Positions 54,780 to 64,000 of a stretch of 64,000 bases of DNA are shown here, in pieces. The DNA lies in the NCBI GenBank assembly GCA_943372645.1, contig CALRZN010000007.1, positions 8,687 to 72,686 of the forward strand, read 5' to 3'. The stretch comes from Chitinophaga pinensis. GTDB taxonomy: Bacteria; Bacteroidota; Bacteroidia; Palsa-965. Within the stretch, counting starts at the first letter, position 1, and each line of letters begins with the position of its first letter. The notes under the pieces were generated by a model. It saw nothing but the letters and a program-made list of their open reading frames with translations. It was not told where the DNA came from and ran no database searches. The translations under genes and the position numbers were made by a program.

Positions 54780-56861
54780 ATGAGAACTTTTATTTGCGCG
54801 CTGCTGACCCTTCACAGCGCTGTACTTTTTGCCCAGCAGGACAGCGTAACCCTGTTGACACAACCCTTTATATTTAGAGGACAGTACAGCGATACTATCA
54901 AAACCGTTTATCAACTTTCTGAAGTTGCAGTCCAGGCCAACCGCTTTTCAAACAGCTACTCGCCGAACAGTTTCAGCAATATTGATGTGGCCACGCTGCA
55001 AAACCAGCACGGGCAGGAAGCATCCTATATTTTCCGCAACCTGCCTTCGGTTACCAATACGTCCGATGCAGGCAACGCACTCGGCTATTCGTATTTCCGC
55101 ATCCGCGGCATTGACCAGACGCGCATCAACGTAACGCTGAACGGTGTGCCGATGAATGAACCGGAAGACCAGGGCGTGTATTTTTCCAATTATCCCGACC
55201 TGCTCGAATCCGTTTCACAGCTGCAGGTGCAGCGCGGCGTGGGCGTTTCCACAAACGGTACTGCAAGTTACGGCGGCAGCATACAAATGAGCGGGCCGAT
55301 GCTCACCGATTCTGCTGCAAAAACCTTTGGCGGTGGATACGGCTCGTTTAATTCGTACCGCCTGTTTGGTGAAATAAATACCGGTGTAAAAAACAGAACC
55401 GGGTTGTATGTGCGTGCGTCGAGCCTGCATTCAGACGGGTACAAAGACCATTCGGGAAATACCTCGCATTCCGCATACCTGAGTACTGGATACTTCGGCA
55501 AAAAGAACACGTTCCGTTTCACCGCATTTGCAGGCGACCAGCGCAACGGCATGGCCTGGCTCGGCACACCAAAAGACTCGCTGAAAACAAACCCCACGTA
55601 CAATGCCAACAGCGAACAGGAAGACGATCATTTCACGCAGGCGCACACCCAACTGCACCACAGCGTTCGATTAAAAAACAATAACAGTTTTACGCAGGCT
55701 GTTTTTTACAATTACCTGCAGGGCAATTACGATTTTGACTTTAATAATTTTCTTGGATTTGCGCCCACTGCTGAATTGTACAACTATGCGTTTCAGTCGC
55801 ATTTCGCAGGTTACCTGAACAAGCTGAATCTGGTAAAAGAAAACCATCATTTCCAGGCGGGCCTGCATGCAAACATGTATCAGCGCAAACATACCGGTGC
55901 CGAAAAATCGCTGGGGCAATTGTACACCAACACCGGTTTTAAAAACGAAGCATCGGCTTTTGCGAAATATGAATATTACGGACAACTGAAAAAAGGACTG
56001 CTTATTCCGTCCGCGGATATCCAGGTGCGTTACACCGATTTTGTGTACAAAGGCTGGACGGAAACGCAGCCCCTGCAATGGTTCCTGTTAAACCCGAAAG
56101 CGGGCATCAGTTATTCGCCGATGACGCAACTGATACAAACATTTTATTACAGCATCGGGGCTTCGCAGCGCGAACCGACACGCACCGATTTGTTTTTCGG
56201 ATCGGATGAACTGCTGGCCGATTCGGCCGGTAATCCGCTGATGCTGCAGGATTTTAACTTTGAGCAGGTAATTGACCAGGAACTCGGCTGGCGTGTTAAC
56301 CGCAAAGCGGTGCAGGTAAAACTCAACCTGTTTTATATGCAGTTCAAAAACGAACTCGTGTTAAACGGACAGCTTGGTCCCAATGCGTTACCACTCACAT
56401 TCAACGCGGCGCGCAGTTTCCGCAGCGGTGTTGAATCGGAATTGAACTGGATACTGCATGACCGCCTTACAATAACGCATTCCGGATCGTATTCGTTTAA
56501 CCGCATTACACAGGATAACACCACGCTGCAGCCGGTGCTTACGCCGGACCTGTTGCTCAACCTGGGCGCAATGACTTCGTTTAAATATCCGAAAGGCGAT
56601 GTGCTTTTATTTGCAGCCCAAATGCGTTACCAGTCGGAATGTTTTATTGACTACGCGAATACCTACACGCTGCCTGCGTTTTTTACCGCCGATGCGTCCA
56701 TCACCTGGCAGCACCGCGTACTCGAACTTTCGCTGCGCGGCATGAACCTGACGAATGCAAAATACTACGGCAGCGGGGCACTCAGTCCGGCCACGGGGCT
56801 TCCCGCCTACTTCATCCAGGCGCCGCTGAACTTTTTTCTCAGTGCCAAAATCCGTTTGTGA
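54780..56861 (+). CDS. TonB-dependent receptor (vitamin-uptake type)
   Basis: Plug SDAGNALGYSYFRIRGIDQTRINVTLNGVP and VQRGVGVSTNG; TAGCTTTG promoter box at 54756-54763. Confidence 0.9.
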   Translation: MRTFICALLTLHSAVLFAQQDSVTLLTQPFIFRGQYSDTIKTVYQLSEVAVQANRFSNSYSPNSFSNIDVATLQNQHGQEASYIFRNLPSVTNTSDAGNALGYSYFRIRGIDQTRINVTLNGVPMNEPEDQGVYFSNYPDLLESVSQLQVQRGVGVSTNGTASYGGSIQMSGPMLTDSAAKTFGGGYGSFNSYRLFGEINTGVKNRTGLYVRASSLHSDGYKDHSGNTSHSAYLSTGYFGKKNTFRFTAFAGDQRNGMAWLGTPKDSLKTNPTYNANSEQEDDHFTQAHTQLHHSVRLKNNNSFTQAVFYNYLQGNYDFDFNNFLGFAPTAELYNYAFQSHFAGYLNKLNLVKENHHFQAGLHANMYQRKHTGAEKSLGQLYTNTGFKNEASAFAKYEYYGQLKKGLLIPSADIQVRYTDFVYKGWTETQPLQWFLLNPKAGISYSPMTQLIQTFYYSIGASQREPTRTDLFFGSDELLADSAGNPLMLQDFNFEQVIDQELGWRVNRKAVQVKLNLFYMQFKNELVLNGQLGPNALPLTFNAARSFRSGVESELNWILHDRLTITHSGSYSFNRITQDNTTLQPVLTPDLLLNLGAMTSFKYPKGDVLLFAAQMRYQSECFIDYANTYTLPAFFTADASITWQHRVLELSLRGMNLTNAKYYGSGALSPATGLPAYFIQAPLNFFLSAKIRL

Positions 56862-57511
56862 TGTTGCGCGACCTGTTTGATGCAAGTGTTTATCTTTTTC
56901 ACATCGGTTCGTATGGCGTAAGTTTCATCGAACTGCTTGCAACAGGTACAGGCATCATTTCGGTGTGGTACGCCGCACGCACGCACCTGCTCACCTGGCC
57001 CACCGGCATGATTAACGCGGTGTTCCTGTTCGTATTTTTCTTCCAGCTCAACCTGTATGCGGATATGTTTCTGCAGATGTATTTTTTCACCGTGTGCGCT
57101 TATGGCTGGTGGAAATGGAAAGATAATTCGCAGCAGAACGACGACCGTGTAATCACCTGGATGAAACGCAAAACCCAGTTGCTGTGGCTTGCCGGACTTG
57201 CAGCGGCCACTGTGCTTTTCGGCTGGTGCATGATGCAGCTGCACACCTGGTTTCCGGTACTATTTACTGAACCAGCCGCGTTTCCGTTTGCCGACGGCGC
57301 CATTGCCATGATGAGTGTGGCCGCGCAGCTGCTGATGGCGCGCAAAAAAACAGAATCGTGGTTGCTGTGGATTGCCATTGATGTACTCGCCATCGTGGTG
57401 TATGCCCTGAAAGGTGCGTACGTACTTTCGGGCGAATACGTTTTATTTCTCGGACTCGCTTCTTACGGATTTTACAAATGGAACAAAGCCGCACAACCGG
57501 TCTCGTCTTAG
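56858..57511 (+). CDS. pnuC: Nicotinamide riboside transporter
   Basis: WPTG, LYADMFLQ, YGWWKW, D..IAMMSVAAQLLMARKKTESWLLWIAID and GFYKW motifs. Confidence 0.92.
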   Translation: MMLRDLFDASVYLFHIGSYGVSFIELLATGTGIISVWYAARTHLLTWPTGMINAVFLFVFFFQLNLYADMFLQMYFFTVCAYGWWKWKDNSQQNDDRVITWMKRKTQLLWLAGLAAATVLFGWCMMQLHTWFPVLFTEPAAFPFADGAIAMMSVAAQLLMARKKTESWLLWIAIDVLAIVVYALKGAYVLSGEYVLFLGLASYGFYKWNKAAQPVSS

Positions 57512-58476
57512 GCAAATTTATGCCCGTGCATACCGGCCACCTCGCGCTCATCCGTTTTGCAGCGGCGCAGGTGGACGAGTTGCTGGTGCTCGTGTGTGCG
57601 AATGCTGCAGAACCTATTCCCGGTGATGTGCGGATGCAATGGATGGAGCAATCGCTTCACGAAATTCCGAATGCGAAAGCCATTTACTGCGACGATGAAC
57701 TGCCCGATGCGCCGTATTCATCGCGCGATGTTTCAGCAGTGTGGGCGGAATATCTGAAAAACCGTTTTCCGCAACTCACACACATTTTTGGTTCGGAACA
57801 ATACGTTGCATTTGTGGCGGAATATGCCGGACTGCACTACGCACTGTTTGATGCGGAGCGCAAAACCGTTCCTGTTGCGGCCACACTCATCCGCGAAAAC
57901 CCGGTAAAATACTGGAACTACATCGCGCCTGCCGCACAACCGTATTTCGTTCGTAAAATTGCAATCGTCGGGGCTGAATCAACCGGCAAAACCACGCTGG
58001 CGGAAAACCTGGCGGCGCATTACCACACTGTTTTTGTAACCGAAGCCGCGCGCCGCATTGTACTTACCACGGCATCGTGTACGTGGGACGACCTGTTTAC
58101 GGTGGCTTCCACACACGCGGCCGATATCTGCAATGCCATTCCGCAGGCCAGCCGTTTTTTATTTGTGGATACGGAAATGTACACCACGCAGGTGTTCGGG
58201 CAGTACCTGTTCGGCCGCATGCCTGAATTTGACGAAACCGTTATGGCGGCCAATACATTTGACACCTACATTTTACTGGAGGCCGACATCCCGTTTGTAC
58301 AGGACGGCACCCGCCTCGAAGACCGCGACCGGCAGGAGATGAATGCGCTGCTGAAAAACCACCTTGCAAACAAAGGCATTGATTTCCAGTTATTCACCGG
58401 CACACCGGGCGAAAAACAGGCGGCTGTAATTGTTTTCCTCAATAAAAAATACGGCTGGATTCCGGGCGAAAAATAA
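57478..58476 (+). CDS. nadR: NadR-type bifunctional NMN adenylyltransferase / ribosylnicotinamide kinase (no HTH)
   Basis: GKFMPVHTGH (HxGH), Walker A GAESTGKT, DTE and PFVQDGTR; overlaps pnuC. Confidence 0.88.
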   Translation: MEQSRTTGLVLGKFMPVHTGHLALIRFAAAQVDELLVLVCANAAEPIPGDVRMQWMEQSLHEIPNAKAIYCDDELPDAPYSSRDVSAVWAEYLKNRFPQLTHIFGSEQYVAFVAEYAGLHYALFDAERKTVPVAATLIRENPVKYWNYIAPAAQPYFVRKIAIVGAESTGKTTLAENLAAHYHTVFVTEAARRIVLTTASCTWDDLFTVASTHAADICNAIPQASRFLFVDTEMYTTQVFGQYLFGRMPEFDETVMAANTFDTYILLEADIPFVQDGTRLEDRDRQEMNALLKNHLANKGIDFQLFTGTPGEKQAAVIVFLNKKYGWIPGEK

Positions 58477-58554
58477 TCGTAAAAAATCCGAATCCTATTC
58501 CTATTTTTGTGCCCGGATAAATCGCATAGTACAAACTGCTTAAAGATATACAGT

Positions 58555-59895
58555 ATGGCACAGGTCGAACTGATTATGCCGAAAATGGGCGAAAGCGTTA
58601 ATGAAGCCACCATCATCAAATGGCTGAAAAACGAAGGGGATAAAATTGCCCTGGACGAGCCGGTTCTCGAAATTGCTACGGACAAAGTGGATTCGGAAAT
58701 TCCTTCGCCTTTTGAAGGATTCCTGGCCAAGCGCCTGTTTAACGAAGGCGACGTGGTGCAGGTAGGCAAAGCCATCGCGCTTATTTCTACCGAAGCCGTT
58801 GCTACAGGTACTTCTACCCCGCAAACCACGGCTCCTGCTGCTGAAACCAAAACCGTTACGGCTGCAACTACCGTTTCAACTGCTGCTGCTGTTACAACGG
58901 ATATTCCGAAAACATCGGCAGGCGGTAAATTCTATTCGCCGCTGGTGCGCAACATTGCCAAACAGGAAGGTGTTACCGTGGCCGAACTGGAAACCATCCA
59001 GGGCACCGGTTCGCAGGGCCGTGTTACCAAAAACGACATTCTCGCTTACCTGCCGAACAAAGGCAAAACCACCGTGCAGGAACAGGTTGTTACTGCTCCC
59101 GCTGAAGTAAAAACGGCTGCTGTTTCGTCAAACGGCACCGCCGCACCGGCTGTGCAGCACAAAGCGCCGACAGTTACCATGATGGCCGGCGACGAAATTG
59201 TGGAAATGGACCGTATGCGTAAACTCATTGCCGAACACATGGTGATGAGCAAACATGTTTCGCCGCACGTTACTTCGTTTGTGGAAGCCGATGTAACCAA
59301 CATCGTAATGTGGCGCGACAAAAACAAAAACGCATTCGAGAAACGCGAAAAAGAAAAACTCACATTTACGCCGATCTTTATTGATGCGGTGGTGCGTGCC
59401 ATCAAGGATTTCCCGATGATCAACATTTCGGTTGACGGCAACAACCTCGTGGTGCGTAAAAACATCAACATCGGTATGGCTGCGGCGCTGCCTTCGGGCA
59501 ACCTGATTGTGCCGGTAATCAAAAACGCGGACCGCATGAATATGTTCGGGCTCACGAAAGCCGTGAACGACCTGGCCAGCCGCGCCCGCACCAATAAACT
59601 TACGCCGGATGAAATACAGGGCGGCACCTACACCATTTCAAACGTGGGTACGTTCGGAAACGTAATGGGAACACCCATCATCAACCAGCCGCAGGTAGCA
59701 ATTCTTGCGGTAGGTGCAATCCGTAAAAAACCGGCAGTAATTGAAACTCCTTATGGCGATACCATCGGCATCCGCCACATGATGTTCCTCTCGCATTCGT
59801 ACGATCACCGCGTGGTGGATGGTTCGCTGGGCGGGCAGTTTGTGCGCCGTGTAGCAGATTACCTCGAGCAGTGGGACATTAACCGGGAGATTTAA
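58555..59895 (+). CDS. 2-oxo-acid dehydrogenase E2 (dihydrolipoamide acyltransferase)
   Basis: Lipoyl domain ATDKVDSEIPSP, E3-binding SPLVRNIA..GTGSQGRVTK and catalytic YDHRVVDG. Confidence 0.93.
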   Translation: MAQVELIMPKMGESVNEATIIKWLKNEGDKIALDEPVLEIATDKVDSEIPSPFEGFLAKRLFNEGDVVQVGKAIALISTEAVATGTSTPQTTAPAAETKTVTAATTVSTAAAVTTDIPKTSAGGKFYSPLVRNIAKQEGVTVAELETIQGTGSQGRVTKNDILAYLPNKGKTTVQEQVVTAPAEVKTAAVSSNGTAAPAVQHKAPTVTMMAGDEIVEMDRMRKLIAEHMVMSKHVSPHVTSFVEADVTNIVMWRDKNKNAFEKREKEKLTFTPIFIDAVVRAIKDFPMINISVDGNNLVVRKNINIGMAAALPSGNLIVPVIKNADRMNMFGLTKAVNDLASRARTNKLTPDEIQGGTYTISNVGTFGNVMGTPIINQPQVAILAVGAIRKKPAVIETPYGDTIGIRHMMFLSHSYDHRVVDGSLGGQFVRRVADYLEQWDINREI

Positions 59896-60020
59896 CGGAA
59901 CCTCTAAAAATCTCAATCTCTTCGTTGGACTCATTTCGAAAATGCTCATTTACGCAAGTAAACTCCGCTTTTCGAAAGTTTCGTCCGCCTCAATCTTGAG
60001 GTTTTTAGAGGCTCCGTTAA
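59892..60020. mobile_element. MITE-like element (129 bp)
   Basis: Terminal inverted repeats TTAACGGAACCTCTAAAAATCTCAA / TTGAGGTTTTTAGAGGCTCCGTTAA (2 mismatches), TTAA at both ends, inner palindromic core GCTCATTTAC..GTAAACTCCGC. Confidence 0.75.
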
Positions 60021-60043
60021 TTGATTTGCCTTTAAACAGCCAG

Positions 60044-60079
60044 CGTCCGGGTGCAAATGCATCCGGACGTTCTTTTTTT
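60044..60079 (+). terminator. Intrinsic terminator
   Basis: CGTCCGGGTGCA-aa-TGCATCCGGACG followed by a T-run. Confidence 0.8.
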
Positions 60080-60136
60080 AGGGCCCGCGCGGTTCACTTT
60101 CTTATATTTGCATGTAATTTAAAGTTACCTATCCGA

Positions 60137-62185
60137 ATGAAAAATACATTCCTGTTCCTGCTCCTGCTCGGCATACTGTCGGGCGGTACCGCAACTGCCA
60201 AAGGAAACGAAACCAAAAAGAAACTCGCACAGGCTGACGAAGCCTTTGTACTGGATAATTACGACAAGGCGCTTCCGCTGTACCTGGAAGTGATTGCAGC
60301 TGATCCGGCAAACGACAACGTGCGTTATAAAATCGGGATGTGTTACCTCAATTCGTCGGTTGAAAAAACCAAAGCCGAATCGTTTCTCGAAGCCGCTTCG
60401 AAAAACACGACCCCGAAATACCGCGAAACCTCGCTGAAAGAAAAACGCGCCCCGTTGCAGACGTGGTACCTGCTCGGGCAGGCCTATCACTTCAACTACA
60501 AGTTCGACCAGGCCATACAGGCGTTTGAAACCTTCCGTGCATTTCTCGGCGAAGGCGATTCCATCATGGTTCGCGACCTCAACCACTACATTGCAGTATG
60601 CAACAACGGCAAGGAATTAACAGCAAGCCCGGTAAACATTAAAATAGAACACCTCGGCAGCGGCATTAACTCGCCCTACTCCGACCACTCGCCGGTGGTT
60701 TCTGCTGACGAATCTGTAATGGTTTTCACCTCGCGCCGCCCGAACACCACCGGCGGTAAAACCGATCCGAATGACGGCAAATACTTTGAAGACGTATACA
60801 TCAGCTACCGCAACGGCGACAGCTGGAGTGCGGCGCAGAGCATCGGTACATCCATCAACAGCAACGGACACGAAGCATCCATCGGCCTGAGCGTGGATGG
60901 CCAGGAACTGTTCATCTATAAAGACGATGCCGGCGACGGTAACATTTATGTGAGCAAACTGAACGGTAAAGAATGGTCGGTGCCGCGCAAACTCACCGAT
61001 TTTGTAAACAGCAAAAAACACGAAGCCAGCGCAAGCATCAGCCCTGACGGCAACACGCTTTATTTCTCAAGTGAACGTGAAGGCGGACTCGGCGGCCACG
61101 ATATTTACCGCAGTGTAAAACTGCCGAACGGCGAATGGAGCAAACCGACCAACCTCGGACCGACCATCAATACGCCGTATGATGACGATGCGCCTTCCAT
61201 CCAGGCCGACGGAGTTACACTTTATTTCTCGTCGAAAGGACACAACACCATTGGCGGATATGACATTTTCTTCAGCACGTTTGTAGAAGAATTCGGCTGG
61301 ACCAAACCCATTAACGTGGGTTACCCGGTAAACACCACCGATGACGATACCTATTATGTGCCTACGGCTGATAACAAACACGCGTATTATTCGTCGTTTA
61401 AAAACGAAGGCGGCATGGGCGAAAAAGACATTTACCGCCTGACCTTCCCCGACCGTTCGGAAACGCCGCTTACCGTTTACACCGGTGAAATCACCAGCAT
61501 TTACGGCGGTGTTCCGGAAGACGCATTTATTACCGTTACCGATGTGGAAACCGGCGAAGTAATCGGCACCTACAAACCGAACACCGAAACCGGTAAATAC
61601 GTGATCGTACTGCAGTCGGGCCGCAACTACAGCCTTACCTACGAAGCGACCAACTACCTGTACCAGTCAGACAACATGAACGTGGCCGACACTACAGCAT
61701 ACATGGTGATCAACCGCCCGGTGCAACTGGAGCCGCTGAAAGTGGGCCAGAAACTGACCGTGCGCAACATCTTCTTCGCCAGCGGCAAATCAGAGCTGCA
61801 GCCCGAATCGAAAAAAGAGCTGGATAAACTGACGCAGCTGATGAAACAATTCCCCGGCCTGATTGTAGAAATCTCCGGCCACACCGACGCCAGCGGCAGC
61901 GATGAACTGAACCAGCGCCTTTCGCAGAAACGCGCCGAAGCCGTTGCAGCGTACCTGGTAACAAGCGGCATTGAAAAAACACGCCTGCGCACCATCGGCT
62001 TTGGCGAAAGCAAACCGATTGCGGTGAACTACAACCCCGACGGCAAAGCCAACAAACAAGGCATGGCGCTCAACCGCCGCTTTGAGTTTACCATCCTGAG
62101 TGTGGATGGACAACTGAAAGATGTGGTGGAACAGATTAAAGTTCCGGATCAGCTGAAGAATAACGGGGAGAAGGATAAAAAATAA
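60137..62185 (+). CDS. OmpA-family protein with TPR and PD40 repeats (PorE-like)
   Basis: Signal peptide, TPR helices, PD40 repeats (SPDGNTLYFSSER, GGHDIY, NLGPTINT) and OmpA domain ISGHTD..NQRLSQKRAEAV..NRR. Confidence 0.92.
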   Translation: MKNTFLFLLLLGILSGGTATAKGNETKKKLAQADEAFVLDNYDKALPLYLEVIAADPANDNVRYKIGMCYLNSSVEKTKAESFLEAASKNTTPKYRETSLKEKRAPLQTWYLLGQAYHFNYKFDQAIQAFETFRAFLGEGDSIMVRDLNHYIAVCNNGKELTASPVNIKIEHLGSGINSPYSDHSPVVSADESVMVFTSRRPNTTGGKTDPNDGKYFEDVYISYRNGDSWSAAQSIGTSINSNGHEASIGLSVDGQELFIYKDDAGDGNIYVSKLNGKEWSVPRKLTDFVNSKKHEASASISPDGNTLYFSSEREGGLGGHDIYRSVKLPNGEWSKPTNLGPTINTPYDDDAPSIQADGVTLYFSSKGHNTIGGYDIFFSTFVEEFGWTKPINVGYPVNTTDDDTYYVPTADNKHAYYSSFKNEGGMGEKDIYRLTFPDRSETPLTVYTGEITSIYGGVPEDAFITVTDVETGEVIGTYKPNTETGKYVIVLQSGRNYSLTYEATNYLYQSDNMNVADTTAYMVINRPVQLEPLKVGQKLTVRNIFFASGKSELQPESKKELDKLTQLMKQFPGLIVEISGHTDASGSDELNQRLSQKRAEAVAAYLVTSGIEKTRLRTIGFGESKPIAVNYNPDGKANKQGMALNRRFEFTILSVDGQLKDVVEQIKVPDQLKNNGEKDKK

Positions 62186-62203
62186 GTTTCCTGCATAATA
62201 CAG

Positions 62204-62237
62204 AAAGCCCGGGTGATTGATCATCCGGGCTTTTTTT
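62204..62237. terminator. Bidirectional intrinsic terminator
   Basis: AAAGCCCGGGTGAT-tg-ATCATCCGGGCTTTTTTT between convergent genes. Confidence 0.82.
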
Positions 62238-62242
62238 CTGAA

Positions 62243-64000
62243 TCACACCACCTTAAACCCAATCACCAGCACATCATCCACCTGTTCCAGGTTGCCTTTC
62301 CAGGCGCGGAATTCGTGCTCCAGTGTTTTGCATAAATCGGCCGGCGGAAGTGCGGCGTTGCGGAGCAACAGTTCATTCAATGCTTTGTAGCGGAACTTTT
62401 TGCCGTTTGCTCCGCCAAACTGATCGGCGTATCCGTCGGTATAGGCAATCACCACATCACCCGGGCGCAGCGTGTAACGGAATGTGGTGAATGACTCATC
62501 GTGGTAATGTGATTTGCCGATGGGCATGCGGTCTTTTTCGAGTTCAATGAGTTGCCCGTCGCGGATAATTACCGGGACATTATTTGCGGCCGCATACTCC
62601 AGTTCATACGGGCGCTGCGGATGCACGCGGAACAGGATGCCGTCCATACCGTCCTGCGACTCGTATTCACCCAACTGGCTGATCAGTTTTTCGCGCACAT
62701 AATTAAACACGTCGCCGGGTGCCGAAATGTTTTTTTCATTGATGGCTTCGTTGAGGTAACTGATGTTGAGCAGGCTCACAAAAGCACCCGGTACGCCGTG
62801 ACCGGTGGAGTCGCATACGGCCAGGTAATTCCCGTTTTGTGCGGAAGAAGACGTCCAGAAAAAATCGCCGCTCACAATATCGCGGGGCAGGAAAAGGATA
62901 AACGATTCTGTGAATTTTTCGCGGATTTTTTCTGTGGCCGGTAAAAGCGCCTGCTGGATGCGCCGGGCATACTGGATGGAATCGAGTACTTCGCGGTTTT
63001 TCTCTTCCACAATTTTTTTCTGCGCGCTGATGACGTGGTTCGCTTTCTTTTTGGTGTTGTAACTGCGGAATGCAATGTACAGCAGGGCCAGCAACAGCAG
63101 CACCCCGCCGAGCGAAGCATACGTGATGATGGAACTGCGTTTCAGTTTCTCCTGCGTGATGGCATCCTCTTTTTCACGTTCTGCTTTATCCGCATTCAGT
63201 TTCGCTTCCATGTCGGCGCGGAGTTGTTCACGCACCACCAGGCGGGTAACATCGCCCGAGCGCAGTGAATCGCTCATCTGCCGGAATACCTGCTGATACT
63301 GCCAAGCACTGTCGAACTGGTTGTTTTTCGCAAACTGGTTACTCAGCAGTTCCGCCGCATTCCGCAGCGCAAGCGGAAACCCCACCGCCCTGCCGGCCGC
63401 ATACGCCGCACGTGCAAAATAAAGCGCCGAGTCGTTGCCCCGCGTTTGCATCACCCGGGCCATTTCGGTGTACACGTCGGACATATCAGACAGGTAGTTT
63501 TCTTTTTTAATATGCCCCAGCGCAAGGCGGAACTGGCGCATTGCTTCATCCGGATTATTTTTCCGCAGGTAGGCCAGTCCGAAAAGGTAGTAGGTTCGTC
63601 CGCAGCCGATGTTGTTTCCCATCTCTGCATAGGTTTTAAGTGCCTCGCTGCAGATTTTTATGGTTTCTGCTGTGCGCCCTTCGCCCAGGTAAATTTTACC
63701 GATGGCCATCTGCGCATTGGCCATCACCGTTTTGTTTTTTCCGGAAGCCTCTTCTGCCGCCTTGCGCAGGTATTTTTCGGCCAGTTCATTTTCACCCAGT
63801 TCGCGGTAAAGTATGCCGAGGTTCAGTTGGGTTATACCGTCGCGCTGGTTGGGACGGGCATACTTTATTTCGTCAATGCTGCGTGTGTACAACTGGATCG
63901 CTTCATAAATTTTGCCCTGCTTCTGGCTGATGAATGCCGCATTGTTGAGCAGGGGCAGGTACGCTTCAAAGTACATGGAGTCGCGGTGCGCCGAATCGGT
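62243..64000 (-). CDS. TPR-containing membrane SpoIIE/PP2C-family phosphatase (5' end outside the window)
   Basis: TPR repeats, TM helix, DSIQYARRIQ, PRDIVSGDFFW, DSTGHGVPGA, DGMD, TDGYADQFGG and QVDD; frame is open to base 64000. Confidence 0.92.
   Translation of the reverse strand, partial: TDSAHRDSMYFEAYLPLLNNAAFISQKQGKIYEAIQLYTRSIDEIKYARPNQRDGITQLNLGILYRELGENELAEKYLRKAAEEASGKNKTVMANAQMAIGKIYLGEGRTAETIKICSEALKTYAEMGNNIGCGRTYYLFGLAYLRKNNPDEAMRQFRLALGHIKKENYLSDMSDVYTEMARVMQTRGNDSALYFARAAYAAGRAVGFPLALRNAAELLSNQFAKNNQFDSAWQYQQVFRQMSDSLRSGDVTRLVVREQLRADMEAKLNADKAEREKEDAITQEKLKRSSIITYASLGGVLLLLALLYIAFRSYNTKKKANHVISAQKKIVEEKNREVLDSIQYARRIQQALLPATEKIREKFTESFILFLPRDIVSGDFFWTSSSAQNGNYLAVCDSTGHGVPGAFVSLLNISYLNEAINEKNISAPGDVFNYVREKLISQLGEYESQDGMDGILFRVHPQRPYELEYAAANNVPVIIRDGQLIELEKDRMPIGKSHYHDESFTTFRYTLRPGDVVIAYTDGYADQFGGANGKKFRYKALNELLLRNAALPPADLCKTLEHEFRAWKGNLEQVDDVLVIGFKVV

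Noticed and set aside
59942-60136. N-terminal extension of the OmpA ORF
   Set aside because: It passes through the MITE and a terminator; the signal peptide begins at 60137.

Overview
64 kb of a Bacteroidota chromosome, indicated by T9SS cargo proteins, PorP/SprF, a PorE-like OmpA protein and many TAnnTTTG -7 promoter boxes. From left to right: (1) the end of a surface-polysaccharide operon (N-acetyl-sugar amidotransferase read in frame into a GT4, further GTs, FkbM methyltransferase, galE); (2) a ~13 kb block with two paralogous beta-propeller LytS-type kinase / LytTR regulator pairs, interleaved with oppositely oriented secreted or lipoprotein genes, including an AT-rich pair of a tail-fibre-like gene and a GH16-T9SS gene; (3) mostly housekeeping and envelope genes (acyltransferase, nadC, rlmH, clpB, rpsA, CotH-T9SS/PorP, gmhB, TBDR-pnuC-nadR, E2 acyltransferase, OmpA, SpoIIE). 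The main unannotated signal is a 26-bp motif (TGTRCWWWWWWYGTARYNWRYGGTAA) found four times, always 22 nt upstream of a -7 promoter box. It precedes the genes flanking the two kinase/regulator pairs, among them a 95-aa lipoprotein with a duplicated peptide motif and a possible ~75-nt small RNA. This suggests a self-contained, possibly peptide-signalled LytTR regulon. The intergenic spaces also hold several unrelated palindromic or MITE-like elements and a 59-aa orphan antitoxin-like ORF between direct repeats. I saw no tRNA, rRNA, CRISPR array, integrase or transposase. Family assignments come from motif recognition, not database searches.
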